Assembly (NCBI GenBank): GCA_938074745.1
Contig: CALJEJ010000067.1
Location: 1-56,535, forward strand
DNA: 56,535 nucleotides
DNA from: an uncultured Endomicrobiia bacterium
GTDB taxonomy: Bacteria; Elusimicrobiota; Endomicrobiia; DTEH01
Direction: 5' to 3'
The notes under the pieces are model-generated. The model saw nothing but the letters and a program-made list of their open reading frames with translations, searched no databases and was not told the origin of the DNA. The stretch's first letter is position 1. Each line of letters opens with the position of its first letter. Below are positions 1 to 8,049 of this stretch, in pieces. Position numbers and translations under genes: made by a program.

Positions 1-1
1 A

Positions 2-169
2 GGGACAATAAAACTTCCGGCAAATGTAGAGATGGTGATGCCCGGAGATAATGTTGAAATAGAAGCAGAACTTATCACACCAATAGCTTTAGAAAAACAG
101 TTACGGTTTGCAATTCGTGAAGGTGGTCGTACAGTAGGTGCCGGCGTAGTAACAGAAATTATTGAATAA
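2..169 (+). CDS. tuf: Elongation factor Tu, C-terminal fragment (5' truncated by window edge)
   Basis: Own translation from position 2: [55 protein letters not shown], the canonical EF-Tu C-terminus. Confidence 0.98.
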   Translation, partial: GTIKLPANVEMVMPGDNVEIEAELITPIALEKQLRFAIREGGRTVGAGVVTEIIE

Positions 170-182
170 AAAGGAATATGTT

Positions 183-338
183 ATGGCTGAAAGAATAATA
201 TTTGTTTTACAATGCACCACTTGTAAAAGCAAAAATTATTATTTTAGTTCTAACAAGAAAAAAGACCTTAAAATTGAAATAAAGAAATATTGTAAAAAAT
301 GTAAAAAACATACTTTACATAAAATGAGTAAAGAATGA
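183..338 (+). CDS. rpmG: 50S ribosomal protein L33, Zn-binding (C+) form; not in ORF track
   Basis: Own translation MAERIIFVLQCTTCKSKNYYFSSNKKKDLKIEIKKYCKKCKKHTLHKMSKE (51 aa) with two CxxC motifs; AAGGA upstream; canonical tuf-rpmG-tRNA-Trp-secE order. Confidence 0.93.
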   Translation: MAERIIFVLQCTTCKSKNYYFSSNKKKDLKIEIKKYCKKCKKHTLHKMSKE

Positions 339-363
339 AAAGTAATTATAGATTTTACTGAAT

Positions 364-434
364 GGGAGCATCGGTTAACGGCAAACCACTGGTCTCCAAA
401 ACCAGGACTGGGGGTTCAAATCCTCCTGCTCCCG
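364..434 (+). tRNA. trnW: tRNA-Trp (anticodon CCA); 3' CCA not encoded
   Basis: Acceptor stem GGGAGCA/TGCTCCC, anticodon arm CTGGT-CTCCAAA-ACCAG, T-loop TTCAAAT; usual position before secE. Confidence 0.97.
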
Positions 435-453
435 ATTATATAATCTGAGATTT

Positions 454-666
454 ATGAAAAATATAAAAAATTTTTTTAATTTTGTAATAAAGTTTATTCA
501 AGAATCTTACATAGAATTAAAAAAAGTTTCTTGGCTGTCAAAAAAAGAAGTTATAAGTTCCACAATAGTAGTAATAATATTAATTACAATAGTAGCATTA
601 TACGTGGGTATAATAGATTTTTTGTTATCCAAGATTGTTTCTCTTTTTCTTGGAGGTAGAGTATGA
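454..666 (+). CDS. secE: Preprotein translocase subunit SecE
   Basis: ELKKVSWLSKKEV motif followed by one TM helix; upstream of nusG. Confidence 0.96.
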   Translation: MKNIKNFFNFVIKFIQESYIELKKVSWLSKKEVISSTIVVIILITIVALYVGIIDFLLSKIVSLFLGGRV

Positions 667-1244
667 TAGAAAACGAAAAATCTACGTTACAAGAAACTGA
701 AACTGTTCAAGAAGAACATGATTGGTACATAGTTCGTTGTCAAGTAGGTAAAGAAGTTGCAATTAAGTCCCAAATAGAAGAAAAAATAAAATCTACTGCC
801 GGAATAGAAAAAAAGATTTTTGCTGTGCTTGTTCCAGAAGAAGAAGAGATACGTATAACTAAAGGTGAAAAAGTTGTTGTAAGAAAACCAACATATAAAG
901 GATATATATATGTAAGTATGATACTTGATTCTGAAACCTATTGGTTTATAAAAAATGTTCCTGGAGTTAAAGGTTTTTTAGGTGGCAACCAACCTGAAAA
1001 AATGTCAAAAAAAGAAGTGGAAGCAATAAAATCTTTAGTAGAAAAGTTAAAATCTTCCCAACCTAAAGTTGCAAGAAAGTTTGATGTTGGAGATACTGTA
1101 AGAATTATTGAAGGACCATTTAAACATTTTCATGGAGTTATAGAAGAAATAAATGAAGAACGTGGCAAAATCAAAATGATGATAACAGTTTTTGGTCGGC
1201 CAACTCCTGTTGAACTTGATTTTACCCAAGTGGAAAAAATTTAA
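663..1244 (+). CDS. nusG: Transcription termination/antitermination factor NusG
   Basis: WYIV..GKE N-terminus, KOW domain GDTVRIIEGPF, FGRPTPVELDFTQVEK end. Confidence 0.98.
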   Translation: MIENEKSTLQETETVQEEHDWYIVRCQVGKEVAIKSQIEEKIKSTAGIEKKIFAVLVPEEEEIRITKGEKVVVRKPTYKGYIYVSMILDSETYWFIKNVPGVKGFLGGNQPEKMSKKEVEAIKSLVEKLKSSQPKVARKFDVGDTVRIIEGPFKHFHGVIEEINEERGKIKMMITVFGRPTPVELDFTQVEKI

Positions 1245-1270
1245 GTTATTGTTAAGGAGTGTACAACCGT

Positions 1271-1708
1271 ATGGCAAAAAAAATCAAAGCACAAATTAAA
1301 CTACAGATACCTGCTGGACAAGCTAACCCTGCACCACCTGTAGGTCCCGCATTAGGTCAACACGGAGTAAATATAATGCAGTTTTGTAACGAGTTTAATG
1401 CTAAAACAAAAAATATGGAACAAGGGATGATAATTCCTGTGATTATTACTGTGTATGAAGACCGAAGTTTTACTTTTGTCCTTAAGACACCACCAGTATC
1501 ATCTTTGATAAAAAAAATTGTTGGTATAGCCAAAGCTTCTGGAAAAACTGGTAGTGAAGTTGTTGGTAAAATAACTAAAGGGCAAGTTAGAGAAATTGCA
1601 AAAATGAAATTGCCAGATCTTAATACTACAAATTTAGAAGCAGCAATTAAGATGGTAGAAGGTACTGCAAAAAGTATGGGTGTTGAAATCGTAGAAGATC
1701 AGGAATAG
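1271..1708 (+). CDS. rplK: 50S ribosomal protein L11 (ATG 1271 preferred over GTG 1259)
   Basis: [30 protein letters not shown]; AAGGAG upstream. Confidence 0.98.
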   Translation: MAKKIKAQIKLQIPAGQANPAPPVGPALGQHGVNIMQFCNEFNAKTKNMEQGMIIPVIITVYEDRSFTFVLKTPPVSSLIKKIVGIAKASGKTGSEVVGKITKGQVREIAKMKLPDLNTTNLEAAIKMVEGTAKSMGVEIVEDQE

Positions 1709-1747
1709 TTTGTCAATTTAGGGTTGTTTTACGAGGAGGAACAGGTT

Positions 1748-2440
1748 ATGAGTCGACGCGTAGTTGAAATGAAAAGTAAGATTGATAATTCTAAACTATA
1801 TAAAACGAAAGAAGCCATAGAGTTGTTAAAAGAATTAAAAAAAACCAAATTTGACGAATCTGTGGAAGTTCATATAAATCTTACAATTGATCCTAAACAA
1901 TCTTCACAGACTGTTCGTGGAGCTTGTGTGTTACCTCATGGAACAGGTAAAACACCACGTGTATGTGTTATTACCAAAGGTGAAAAACTCAAAGAAGCAC
2001 AACAGTCCGCTGCGGATTATTGTGGTAGTGAAGAACTTATAGAAAAAATTTCCAAAGGATGGACAGAGTTTGATGTTTTAGTAACCACACCAGATATGAT
2101 GAAAGATATAGCAAAACTTGGGAAACTTCTCGGTCCTAAAGGTTTAATGCCAAACCCTAAAACAGGAACTGTTACTAACGAAATTACTAAAGTTGTTAAC
2201 GAAATAAAAAAAGGAAGAGTAGAATTTAGAAATGATGAATATGGAATTATCCACTGTGCAGTAGGCAAGCTCTCTTTTGATACACAGAAACTGATAGAGA
2301 ATATCTATACTTTGATAGATACAATAATAAAACTAAAACCTGCCCAAACAAAAGGTGAGTATATAAAAAGTATTTACATTTCTACCACCATGGGTCCCGG
2401 GATAAAAATTGACCCAAACGAGTTTTTAAAAAGAAGATAA
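1748..2440 (+). CDS. rplA: 50S ribosomal protein L1 (ATG 1748 preferred over TTG 1724)
   Basis: KFDESVE, LPHGTGK, LGPKGLMPNPKTGTVT, STTMGPG; GAGGAGG upstream. Confidence 0.98.
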   Translation: MSRRVVEMKSKIDNSKLYKTKEAIELLKELKKTKFDESVEVHINLTIDPKQSSQTVRGACVLPHGTGKTPRVCVITKGEKLKEAQQSAADYCGSEELIEKISKGWTEFDVLVTTPDMMKDIAKLGKLLGPKGLMPNPKTGTVTNEITKVVNEIKKGRVEFRNDEYGIIHCAVGKLSFDTQKLIENIYTLIDTIIKLKPAQTKGEYIKSIYISTTMGPGIKIDPNEFLKRR

Positions 2441-2447
2441 TTTTTTT

Positions 2448-3035
2448 ATGTTCACACCTGGTTTGTTTACTAAACTTTTCCAACGAAGAAAATTTATAAT
2501 TAAACCTCAACTACAGCTAAAATATCTTGCTGTTACTGTGATAATTGTAATTCTTACAGCATTTGTTACATACTATTTCATAAACTTGTCAATAAGTACA
2601 ACTCCAATATTAGAAAATCTTTCTACTACAGAGATAATAATGGTAAAAAAACTTATTTTAAAAACTATAATAACTGTTACAATTATCATCGTAATACTAA
2701 TAATTTCAGAAGGAATATTTTTTTTACATCGTTTAACCGGACCAATATATGTAATACAGAAAATGATAAATCTTGTAGCTGAGGGAGATTTAACTATTGA
2801 AGTTAAACTAAGAAAAAGCGATGAATTAAAAGATTTAGCACAAGAGTTTCAAAAAATGGTAAACAAGTTAAACAAATATATTACTGAAGACAAACAAAAA
2901 GTTGATAAGATTAAAATTCAACTTAACGATATCGTTTCTAATATAGAATCGTTGTCTAGCGAAGAAATAAAAATGAAACTAAATCATATTCAACAATCAT
3001 TAACTGAATTATTCATTTCATTTAAGTTAAAATGA
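2448..3035 (+). CDS. Two-TM membrane protein with HAMP domain (truncated MCP-like)
   Basis: Two hydrophobic helices, then HRLTGPI...GDLT...LRKSDELKDLA HAMP signature and coiled-coil tail; no kinase or MCP signalling domain. Confidence 0.75.
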   Translation: MFTPGLFTKLFQRRKFIIKPQLQLKYLAVTVIIVILTAFVTYYFINLSISTTPILENLSTTEIIMVKKLILKTIITVTIIIVILIISEGIFFLHRLTGPIYVIQKMINLVAEGDLTIEVKLRKSDELKDLAQEFQKMVNKLNKYITEDKQKVDKIKIQLNDIVSNIESLSSEEIKMKLNHIQQSLTELFISFKLK

Positions 3036-3826
3036 AAAAGTTAGGAATAATAGGTTGTGGTAATGTTGCTACTGAAATATTAAAATCTAATTTATCTAAT
3101 GTAGGCAAAGTATATGTATATGACATAGACGAAGAGAAGTCTTACCTTTTGGCTGAACATTTTGTTAATCTTCCTATTCATATCTGTAGAACAATTCAAC
3201 AAGTGATTAAAAATTCAGATATAATAATAGAATCTGCGAGTGTTTCTGCTGTATCAGAAATATTACAACAAATAAAAAAATTTCCACAAAAACATCTTTT
3301 AATTCTTTCAGTAGGCGGGTTAATAAAAAATTTCAAATTATATAAAAAACTTATTTCAAATGGATACAAAATACATATTCCTTCAGGCGCAATTGCAGGT
3401 TGTGATGCGTTATTAGCTGCAAAAGTTGATAAAATTCGTCATATACATTTAAAAACTACAAAACCTACTAAAACTTTATTATCAGCACCATATTTTCTAA
3501 CTCATAAAAATATTTATTCTAAAGTATTAAAAAACGACACAGTGACTGTATTTAAAGGCGATGTTTATGATGCTGTAAAATATTTCCCACAAAATATTAA
3601 TGTTGCTGCTACGTTAGCAGTTTTATGTGGAGATTTTAAGAAAGTCAGTGTAGAAATTGTCGCTTCAAAACATATTACAAGAAATGTCCATGAAGTAACA
3701 ATTTATTCCTCAGCAGGAGAAATTTATACTCGGACTGAAAATATACCTTCTCCCAATAATCCTAAAACAAGTTTTTTAGCCGTCTTGTCTACAATTTCTG
3801 TTTTAAACTCAATTCTGAGAGAATAA
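3032..3826 (+). CDS. nadX: L-aspartate dehydrogenase (NAD biosynthesis)
   Basis: GIIGCGNV Rossmann, IPSGAIAGCD, FPQNINVA, RNVHE, NIPSPNNPKTSFLA motifs. Confidence 0.88.
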   Translation: MKKLGIIGCGNVATEILKSNLSNVGKVYVYDIDEEKSYLLAEHFVNLPIHICRTIQQVIKNSDIIIESASVSAVSEILQQIKKFPQKHLLILSVGGLIKNFKLYKKLISNGYKIHIPSGAIAGCDALLAAKVDKIRHIHLKTTKPTKTLLSAPYFLTHKNIYSKVLKNDTVTVFKGDVYDAVKYFPQNINVAATLAVLCGDFKKVSVEIVASKHITRNVHEVTIYSSAGEIYTRTENIPSPNNPKTSFLAVLSTISVLNSILRE

Positions 3827-3835
3827 ATATTTTAA

Positions 3836-5050
3836 ATGTTTAAAAAATATTCATTGAACAAATATTTTAAATTATTGTTGATGTATATGTTGGTTGTACA
3901 ATCTATTCATAGTGAAGTTTTAACAGGGTTAGAGGTGTTACAGAAGAAAAATTTTAGTATTTTAAGAAAGAAAAATGTCGGTTTAATAACTAACCACACA
4001 GGAATAACAAAAAAGGCTGAACATATTGTTGATTTGTTATATAAAGCTCCCAATGTAAAACTTGTAGCAATTTTTACTCCAGAACATGGGTTTTATGGTA
4101 ATGTAGACACTTTTATAGAAGGGGTTTCTACAGAACCTAAAACAGGATTACCTATTTACAGTTTATATGGCAAAATAAAAAAACCAACACCTGAAATGTT
4201 AAAAAATGTTGATGTTTTAGTTTTTGATATTCAAGATATTGGTGCAAGGTTTTATACTTATATAACAACTTTAGGTTTATGTATGGAAGCGGCAAAAGAG
4301 AATAATAAACTGATGGTAGTTTTAGACAGGCCTAACCCAATTACCGGAGTTTATGTAGAAGGTAATGTTACAGATAAAAAATTTATTGGCCAGTTCGCTA
4401 CATATTTTCCTTTAGCTGTTCGTCACGGGATGACTATTGGCGAGTTAGCATTGATGTTTAATAAGGAATATAAAATTAACTGTAAATTAAAAGTTATAAA
4501 AATGCAAGGATGGAAACGTGAAATGTGGTTTGATGAGACAGGTCTTCCTTGGGTAAATACTTCACCTAATATAAGGAGTTTATCTGCGGCAATTTTATAT
4601 CCTGGGGTGGCATATTTTGAAGCAGGAACAAATGTTACTGAAGGTAGAGGAACAGAAAAACCGTTTGAATATGTAGGTGCTCCATGGATAAATGGTAAAC
4701 TTTGGGCTGAAGAACTTAATTCACGAAATATTCCCGGGGTAGTGTTTGAACCAGTTAAGTTTGTCCCTACAGCATATAAATATAAAGGTCAGCAGTGCGA
4801 AGGTGTATATATTAAAGTTGTTGATAGAAATAAATTAAAAGTAGTAGAATTGGGTATTCACATGTTAGATTCCGTAATAAAACTTTACAAAGACGAGTTT
4901 TTCCTTCCTGAAGGGTTTGATATACTTGCTGGAAAGTCGTATATTCGTGAAATGCTTATCAAGAGAGAACCTGTAAATAAAATTGTCTCTCAATGGGAAG
5001 AAGAACTTAAAGCTTTTCTTAAGAAAAGGAAGAAATATTTATTATATTAA
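3836..5050 (+). CDS. namZ: DUF1343 / exo-beta-N-acetylmuramidase NamZ-family protein with signal peptide
   Basis: GLITNHTG, PEHGFYG, FDIQDIGARFYTY, LDRPNP, RHGMTIGELA, SPNI, EGRGT motifs. Confidence 0.88.
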   Translation: MFKKYSLNKYFKLLLMYMLVVQSIHSEVLTGLEVLQKKNFSILRKKNVGLITNHTGITKKAEHIVDLLYKAPNVKLVAIFTPEHGFYGNVDTFIEGVSTEPKTGLPIYSLYGKIKKPTPEMLKNVDVLVFDIQDIGARFYTYITTLGLCMEAAKENNKLMVVLDRPNPITGVYVEGNVTDKKFIGQFATYFPLAVRHGMTIGELALMFNKEYKINCKLKVIKMQGWKREMWFDETGLPWVNTSPNIRSLSAAILYPGVAYFEAGTNVTEGRGTEKPFEYVGAPWINGKLWAEELNSRNIPGVVFEPVKFVPTAYKYKGQQCEGVYIKVVDRNKLKVVELGIHMLDSVIKLYKDEFFLPEGFDILAGKSYIREMLIKREPVNKIVSQWEEELKAFLKKRKKYLLY

Positions 5051-5107
5051 AAACTTTTCAGCTAATACTTCTGTAAACCCAAGATTTAACTTTATTTTCT
5101 TTAGCAA

Positions 5108-5179
5108 CTCCGGGACTACGACTCGAACGTAGACTCCATGGTCCAGAGCCATGTGTCCTACCAATTAGACGATCCCGGA
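5108..5179 (-). tRNA. trnQ: tRNA-Gln (anticodon CTG), U1-A72; CCA not encoded
   Basis: Reverse complement TCCGGGATCGTCTAATTGGTAGGACACATGGCTCTGGACCATGGAGTCTACGTTCGAGTCGTAGTCCCGGAG folds as a cloverleaf with loop CTCTGGA. Confidence 0.96.
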
Positions 5180-5222
5180 AGAATTGCTTTCTTATATTAA
5201 ATTCTTCAGTAGAATTTCAATA

Positions 5223-5501
5223 TTAGTTATGTTGTTTCTTTACTTCATCAGCAAAGTTTAGTTCAAGGTCTGAAATTATAGTAACTATAAATCTTTCTTC
5301 TTCTGGTGTAAGATTACCTTGAGTTTTTTCTTTTAACACACGTAACATTTCAATGGTCACTTGAGCATTTTCTAAATCTTGTTCTATTTTGTTAGTTATC
5401 GGATTTGGCACTTTACCAAGTTGCATCCAACAAGTAGATGCTAACGACGAAATTAATGCTAAAAACAGTTCATTTTTATTTATTTTGTTTTCTTTTTCCA
5501 T
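5223..5501 (-). CDS. DUF1844 domain protein
   Basis: LISSLASTCWMQLG..PNP...DLENAQVTIEMLRVLKEKTQGNLTPEE matches my recollection of the DUF1844 pattern; GGAG upstream. Confidence 0.8.
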   Translation of the reverse strand: MEKENKINKNELFLALISSLASTCWMQLGKVPNPITNKIEQDLENAQVTIEMLRVLKEKTQGNLTPEEERFIVTIISDLELNFADEVKKQHN

Positions 5502-5520
5502 ATAATCTCCTCCAAAATTT

Positions 5521-7026
5521 TTATTTTATGTTCAAAAAAAATTTTTTTATCACTAAATTAATTCTATTGATAACCCTTTCTTTTCCTAAAAAGAAAAGTA
5601 AATCAAAAAGTCCAGGACCTTCACTACGGCCTGATACCGCTGCACGTAAAAGCTGAAACACTTCTGTAGTTTTATACCCTCGATTAGAACAAAAGTTACG
5701 TAGTTGATGTTCTAAAGTAGTTTTATCAAATTGAGTGATAGTTTGTAACATATCACGGACTTCTATTAAAATTTGTTTTTGAGTATCTAAATAGAAATAT
5801 TTTTTTACCACATTCTCTTTATATTCTATTTCAGTATCAGGTTTAAGGAAAAATTCTATCATATAAGGAATGTCTTTTAATAATTTAATTTTTTGTTGTT
5901 CTAATTGTATAAGTTTAACTATGTATTCCTTAATTTCAGAATTATTGATGTCAATTTTTATTCCATAACTAACAAAAAATGGAATTGAATATTCCATAAG
6001 TTTATAAGGATCTGTTTTACGAATATATTCACTGTTCATCCATAAAAGTTTTTGTTTATCAAATATTGCGGGTGATTTGGAACATCTGGATAAAGAAAAT
6101 TTGTCTATTAATTCCTGTTTTGTAAAAATTTGTTGAGAATCTTCTGTTGACCATCCGAGTAACGCAACATAATTTAATAATGCTTCTGGCAAATATCCTT
6201 CTTTTTTGTATTCTTCTACTGCAACATCGCCAGAACGTTTGCTTAATTTACTTCTATCTGGATTAAGTAACAGTGGTAGATGGGCGAACTGTGGTGGTTG
6301 CCAATCTAAATATTTGTAAATTAAGATATGTTTAGGTGTTGAAGATAACCATTCTTCACCACGGATTACATGGGTGATTTCCATCAAATGGTCATCTACA
6401 ACGTTTGCTAAATGGTAAGTAGGGTAACCATCTGATTTTAATAATACTTGGTCGTCAATAAGAGACCCGTCAAATTCTACTTTATCACGGATAATGTCAG
6501 TAAAAACAATTTTTTCATCAGGGACTTTTAATCTTATGGTATAAGGTTCTATGGCAGCTCTACGATTAGATTCTGTTTCAGACAAGTTTCTACACAGTCG
6601 GTCATATTTAGGTGGTTGTTTGTTTAACAATTGTAATTTTCTTACTTCTTCAAGACGTTGTGGAGAACAAAAACATCTGTAAGCGAACCCTTTTTTAAGA
6701 AGTTCCATCGCATATCTTTTATATATTTCAATTCGTTGGGATTGAATATAAGGTCCATAATCACCTTTTTGATAAATTTTACCGTGAGTATCAAGGTAAG
6801 GACCTTCATCATAATCAAGCCCACTCCAATTAAGAATTGATATAAGATTTTCAGTTGCACCTTCAACATAACGTGTTCTATCAGTGTCTTCTATCCTTAA
6901 TATAAACTTACCATTGTTATTACGTGCGAAAAGATAATTAAACAGTGCTGTACGTAATCCGCCAATGTGTAAAAATCCTGTGGGTGAAGGTGCAAAACGT
7001 ACACGAACAACAGTTGGTTTGTTCAT
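5521..7026 (-). CDS. gltX: Glutamate--tRNA ligase
   Basis: RFAPSPTGFLHIGG, RIEDTD, HVIRGEEW, KLSKR, SGRSEGPGLF. Confidence 0.98.
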   Translation of the reverse strand: MNKPTVVRVRFAPSPTGFLHIGGLRTALFNYLFARNNNGKFILRIEDTDRTRYVEGATENLISILNWSGLDYDEGPYLDTHGKIYQKGDYGPYIQSQRIEIYKRYAMELLKKGFAYRCFCSPQRLEEVRKLQLLNKQPPKYDRLCRNLSETESNRRAAIEPYTIRLKVPDEKIVFTDIIRDKVEFDGSLIDDQVLLKSDGYPTYHLANVVDDHLMEITHVIRGEEWLSSTPKHILIYKYLDWQPPQFAHLPLLLNPDRSKLSKRSGDVAVEEYKKEGYLPEALLNYVALLGWSTEDSQQIFTKQELIDKFSLSRCSKSPAIFDKQKLLWMNSEYIRKTDPYKLMEYSIPFFVSYGIKIDINNSEIKEYIVKLIQLEQQKIKLLKDIPYMIEFFLKPDTEIEYKENVVKKYFYLDTQKQILIEVRDMLQTITQFDKTTLEHQLRNFCSNRGYKTTEVFQLLRAAVSGRSEGPGLFDLLFFLGKERVINRINLVIKKFFLNIK

Positions 7027-7027
7027 T

Positions 7028-7900
7028 TTAATATACTACCTTATTCAATGGATATTCTATAATTCCTTGTGCACCGTTCTTTTTCAACAAAGGGATAATT
7101 TTTTTTACTTCTGATTCTTTTAATACAACTTCTATTGCTACCCAGTCAGGATTGGATAGGTTTGATATAGTAGGATTTTTTAACGAAGGTAGAATTTTTT
7201 CTATTTTAGGTAAATTTTTTTTAGCGACGTTCATTTTTAATCCTACCATACCTTCTGCTTCTAAAGCACCTTTTAATAACATAGCAATATTTTGTATTTT
7301 TTCTTTTTTCCACGGGTCTTTTAACGAAACAAAATTTGCAATAAACCGTGTAGTAGAAACAAGAACTTCGTCAATAATTTTTAGTTTGTTTGCTTTGAGT
7401 GAAGTACCAGTTTCTGTAAGTTCTACAATAGCATCTACCATGTCAGGTACTTTAACTTCAGTAGCGCCCCAAGAAAATTCTACTTCTACTGAAATATTTT
7501 TTTGTTTAAAATATTTTTTAACATAGTTTACAAGTTCTGTGGCAATTCTTTTTCCATTAAGTTGACGAATATTTGTTATCTTAGAATCTTCAGGTACTGC
7601 AACAACCCAACGTACAGGTCTAAACCCTGATTTTGAATATACCAGTTCACAGATTTGTTTCACTTTAGATTTTGTTTCTAATATCCAATCATAACCTGTT
7701 ATACCGCAATCCAACCTACCAGTTTGGACATATTTAGGTATTTCTTGTGCACGGAATAGAATTATTTCAAGTTCTTCATCGTCACAATAAGGTTTATACT
7801 GTCTTTCTTCAGAATAGATTTTAAATCCTGCTTTTTTAAATAGTTCAAATGTAGATTGTTGTAATGAACCTTTTGGTAGACCGAGTTTTAATTTTTTCAT
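7028..7900 (-). CDS. hisG: ATP phosphoribosyltransferase, long form
   Basis: LPKGSLQ, RAQEIP, GATE..VP.MVDAIVELTETGTSL, C-terminal ACT-like regulatory domain. Confidence 0.96.
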   Translation of the reverse strand: MKKLKLGLPKGSLQQSTFELFKKAGFKIYSEERQYKPYCDDEELEIILFRAQEIPKYVQTGRLDCGITGYDWILETKSKVKQICELVYSKSGFRPVRWVVAVPEDSKITNIRQLNGKRIATELVNYVKKYFKQKNISVEVEFSWGATEVKVPDMVDAIVELTETGTSLKANKLKIIDEVLVSTTRFIANFVSLKDPWKKEKIQNIAMLLKGALEAEGMVGLKMNVAKKNLPKIEKILPSLKNPTISNLSNPDWVAIEVVLKESEVKKIIPLLKKNGAQGIIEYPLNKVVY

Positions 7901-8011
7901 TGTGGTTTCTCCTTAAGATAATTTTTTAGGATATACAAAAAAAATACAAAAAAATAAATATCAACCAGATAAATTTTTTATAAAACCAATAAACAAAACT
8001 TTGTAAAATTG

Positions 8012-8040
8012 TTGAAATAAAAATTATATTTTTATATAAC
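8012..8040 (+). promoter_or_regulatory. Sigma70-type promoter candidate for gatA operon
   Basis: TTGAAA (8012-8017), 17 nt spacer, TATAAC (8035-8040), 9 nt before gatA ATG; AT-rich background lowers specificity. Confidence 0.5.
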
Positions 8041-8049
8041 CAAAAAACT

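Noticed and set aside
336-338. TGA recoding (Trp, Gly or Sec)
   Set aside because: TGA ends many well-conserved genes at their expected C-termini (rpmG, nadX, gatA, murB) and tRNA-Trp has a CCA anticodon; code 11 fits.
5051-5107. Intrinsic terminator between convergent namZ and tRNA-Gln
   Set aside because: No stable hairpin followed by a U-tract could be identified by eye.
5438-5656. Plus-strand 72-aa ORF spanning the gltX/DUF1844 junction
   Set aside because: Antisense to two well-supported genes, no recognisable motif.
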